A stretch of DNA of 64,000 nucleotides from Eledone cirrhosa (taxonomy: Eukaryota), in assembly GCA_964016885.1 (NCBI GenBank), contig OZ024741.1, positions 106,144,001 to 106,208,000 on the forward strand, read 5' to 3'. Positions within the stretch are counted from its first letter, which is position 1, and each line of letters begins with the position of its first letter. The position numbers and the translations under genes were made by a program. Shown here one piece after another: positions 62,957 through 64,000 of this stretch. Below the pieces are notes generated by a model that was not told where the DNA came from, did not search any database, and saw only the letters and a list, made by a program, of their open reading frames with translations.

Positions 62957-64000
62957 TATTTCTTTATTTACCATAAAGGCATAAAAAGAAGGGACAAATA
63001 CAAAGGGGGAGTTTACATAAAACCCAGTAAAAAGGGTATAAAATGAAAATAATCGAAAACAACCTCAAAAGGGAGGGGACGTGATGGGGTTGCACACACA
63101 CCCGAAAAAGTGTGCAATCCTTTGCCCAGGAAGCACATGGAGAAGGTGCTCCCCTCTCCTTCACTTCTTTACGTACAGGATGGTATACAGAGAAGGCCCA
63201 TTTACACGAGCCATTCTCGCCATTATCACCCACCTTTCATAAAACTGCCTGTGGCCAAGCACCTCTCTCTCCATTCTTATCCTTCTTCCGAAGTGATATC
63301 GGAAGAAGTAGACCAGACTATAGGCCAGAGAGGAAGTTTCCTGACCTCAGACCTTTCAATCGTGTGCACCAAACAACCTCTTTCAACATGGCTATTACGC
63401 ACAGAAAAACCGCCTTTGCTTCCTTTGTGAAGAGGGGAGGCGGCTTGATTGTCATCACGGACTCGGAGGTCAATCGAATCGGCGCCACCCGCGACAGCAG
63501 TCGTTCGGCGTAGCCCCACAGATCAGCCACGCCTGGACATTGCACCAATGCGTGCGCAACGGTTTCTTCGTGACGCACGCATCTAGGGCAAATCTTTTTC
63601 GAGGGATCCCTGCCCGGGCGCCCGTGTCTGTAGAGCCTCTCTCGAACGGGTAGAGCCCCCCGGTAGCACTGCCAGGCTAGTGACTTCTGGAAGTTGTCCA
63701 TTGGTCCCGGGCCGAAAGTCCTACCGAACAGGCTGGCCAGTTCGTCCTCTTCCATGTCCATCGACTCTCCAAGGGTGTCATCGCCCCTGCTAGCCACCAG
63801 CCCTCTATAGAATGATGAGGTGGATTCTCCACCGATGGCCTGGCCCGCTTGCCAGAGAGCCCTGAGCGCCTGAGCACACTCAGTGTGCCAGTCTCCCAGT
63901 CTGCTAATCCGGTTTCTGTAAGTTTCTTTTGCCGGTAAAGACAAATTAAGTTTCCAGTAACCGGGACCCTGTTTATGTGTTTTCTCGAGATTGACTACGC
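62957..64000 (-). mobile_element. Tx1-C deletion derivative, copy 3 (runs off window)
   Basis: Same junction at 63900; the 3' end lies in a (GATA)/(GACA) tract. Confidence 0.92.

Overview
This window is eukaryotic, AT-rich intergenic or intronic DNA with no recognisable host exon; it is almost entirely transposons and microsatellites. The SINE/LINE complement resembles octopus (coleoid cephalopod) genomes, which is my inference. From 1-23 kb there are RTE LINE copies whose RT carries an inserted PHD finger, one CR1-type LINE, two non-autonomous Helitrons, tRNA-derived SINEs (one family with a CORE-like body and RTE tail, one with a Meta-like body) and minisatellites. From 23.4-64 kb there are about 15 pieces of L1/Tx1-clade LINEs, including three divergent families with ORF1+ORF2 (called A, B and C here). 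Every intact end abuts a (GATA)n/(TATC)n microsatellite, and the sense strand always reads (TATC)n. Target-site duplications, an empty/filled site pair and one copy inverted together with its microsatellite point to a (GATA)n-targeting site-specific retrotransposon group. The three families also share a 5' splice-donor motif on the ORF1 stop codon, in-frame ORF1/ORF2 spacers, 5'-UTR hairpins, and an AATAAAGAAA end with no poly(A). The 30-64 kb part is a rearranged tandem segmental duplication. Coordinates and alignments were read by eye, so boundaries are approximate.
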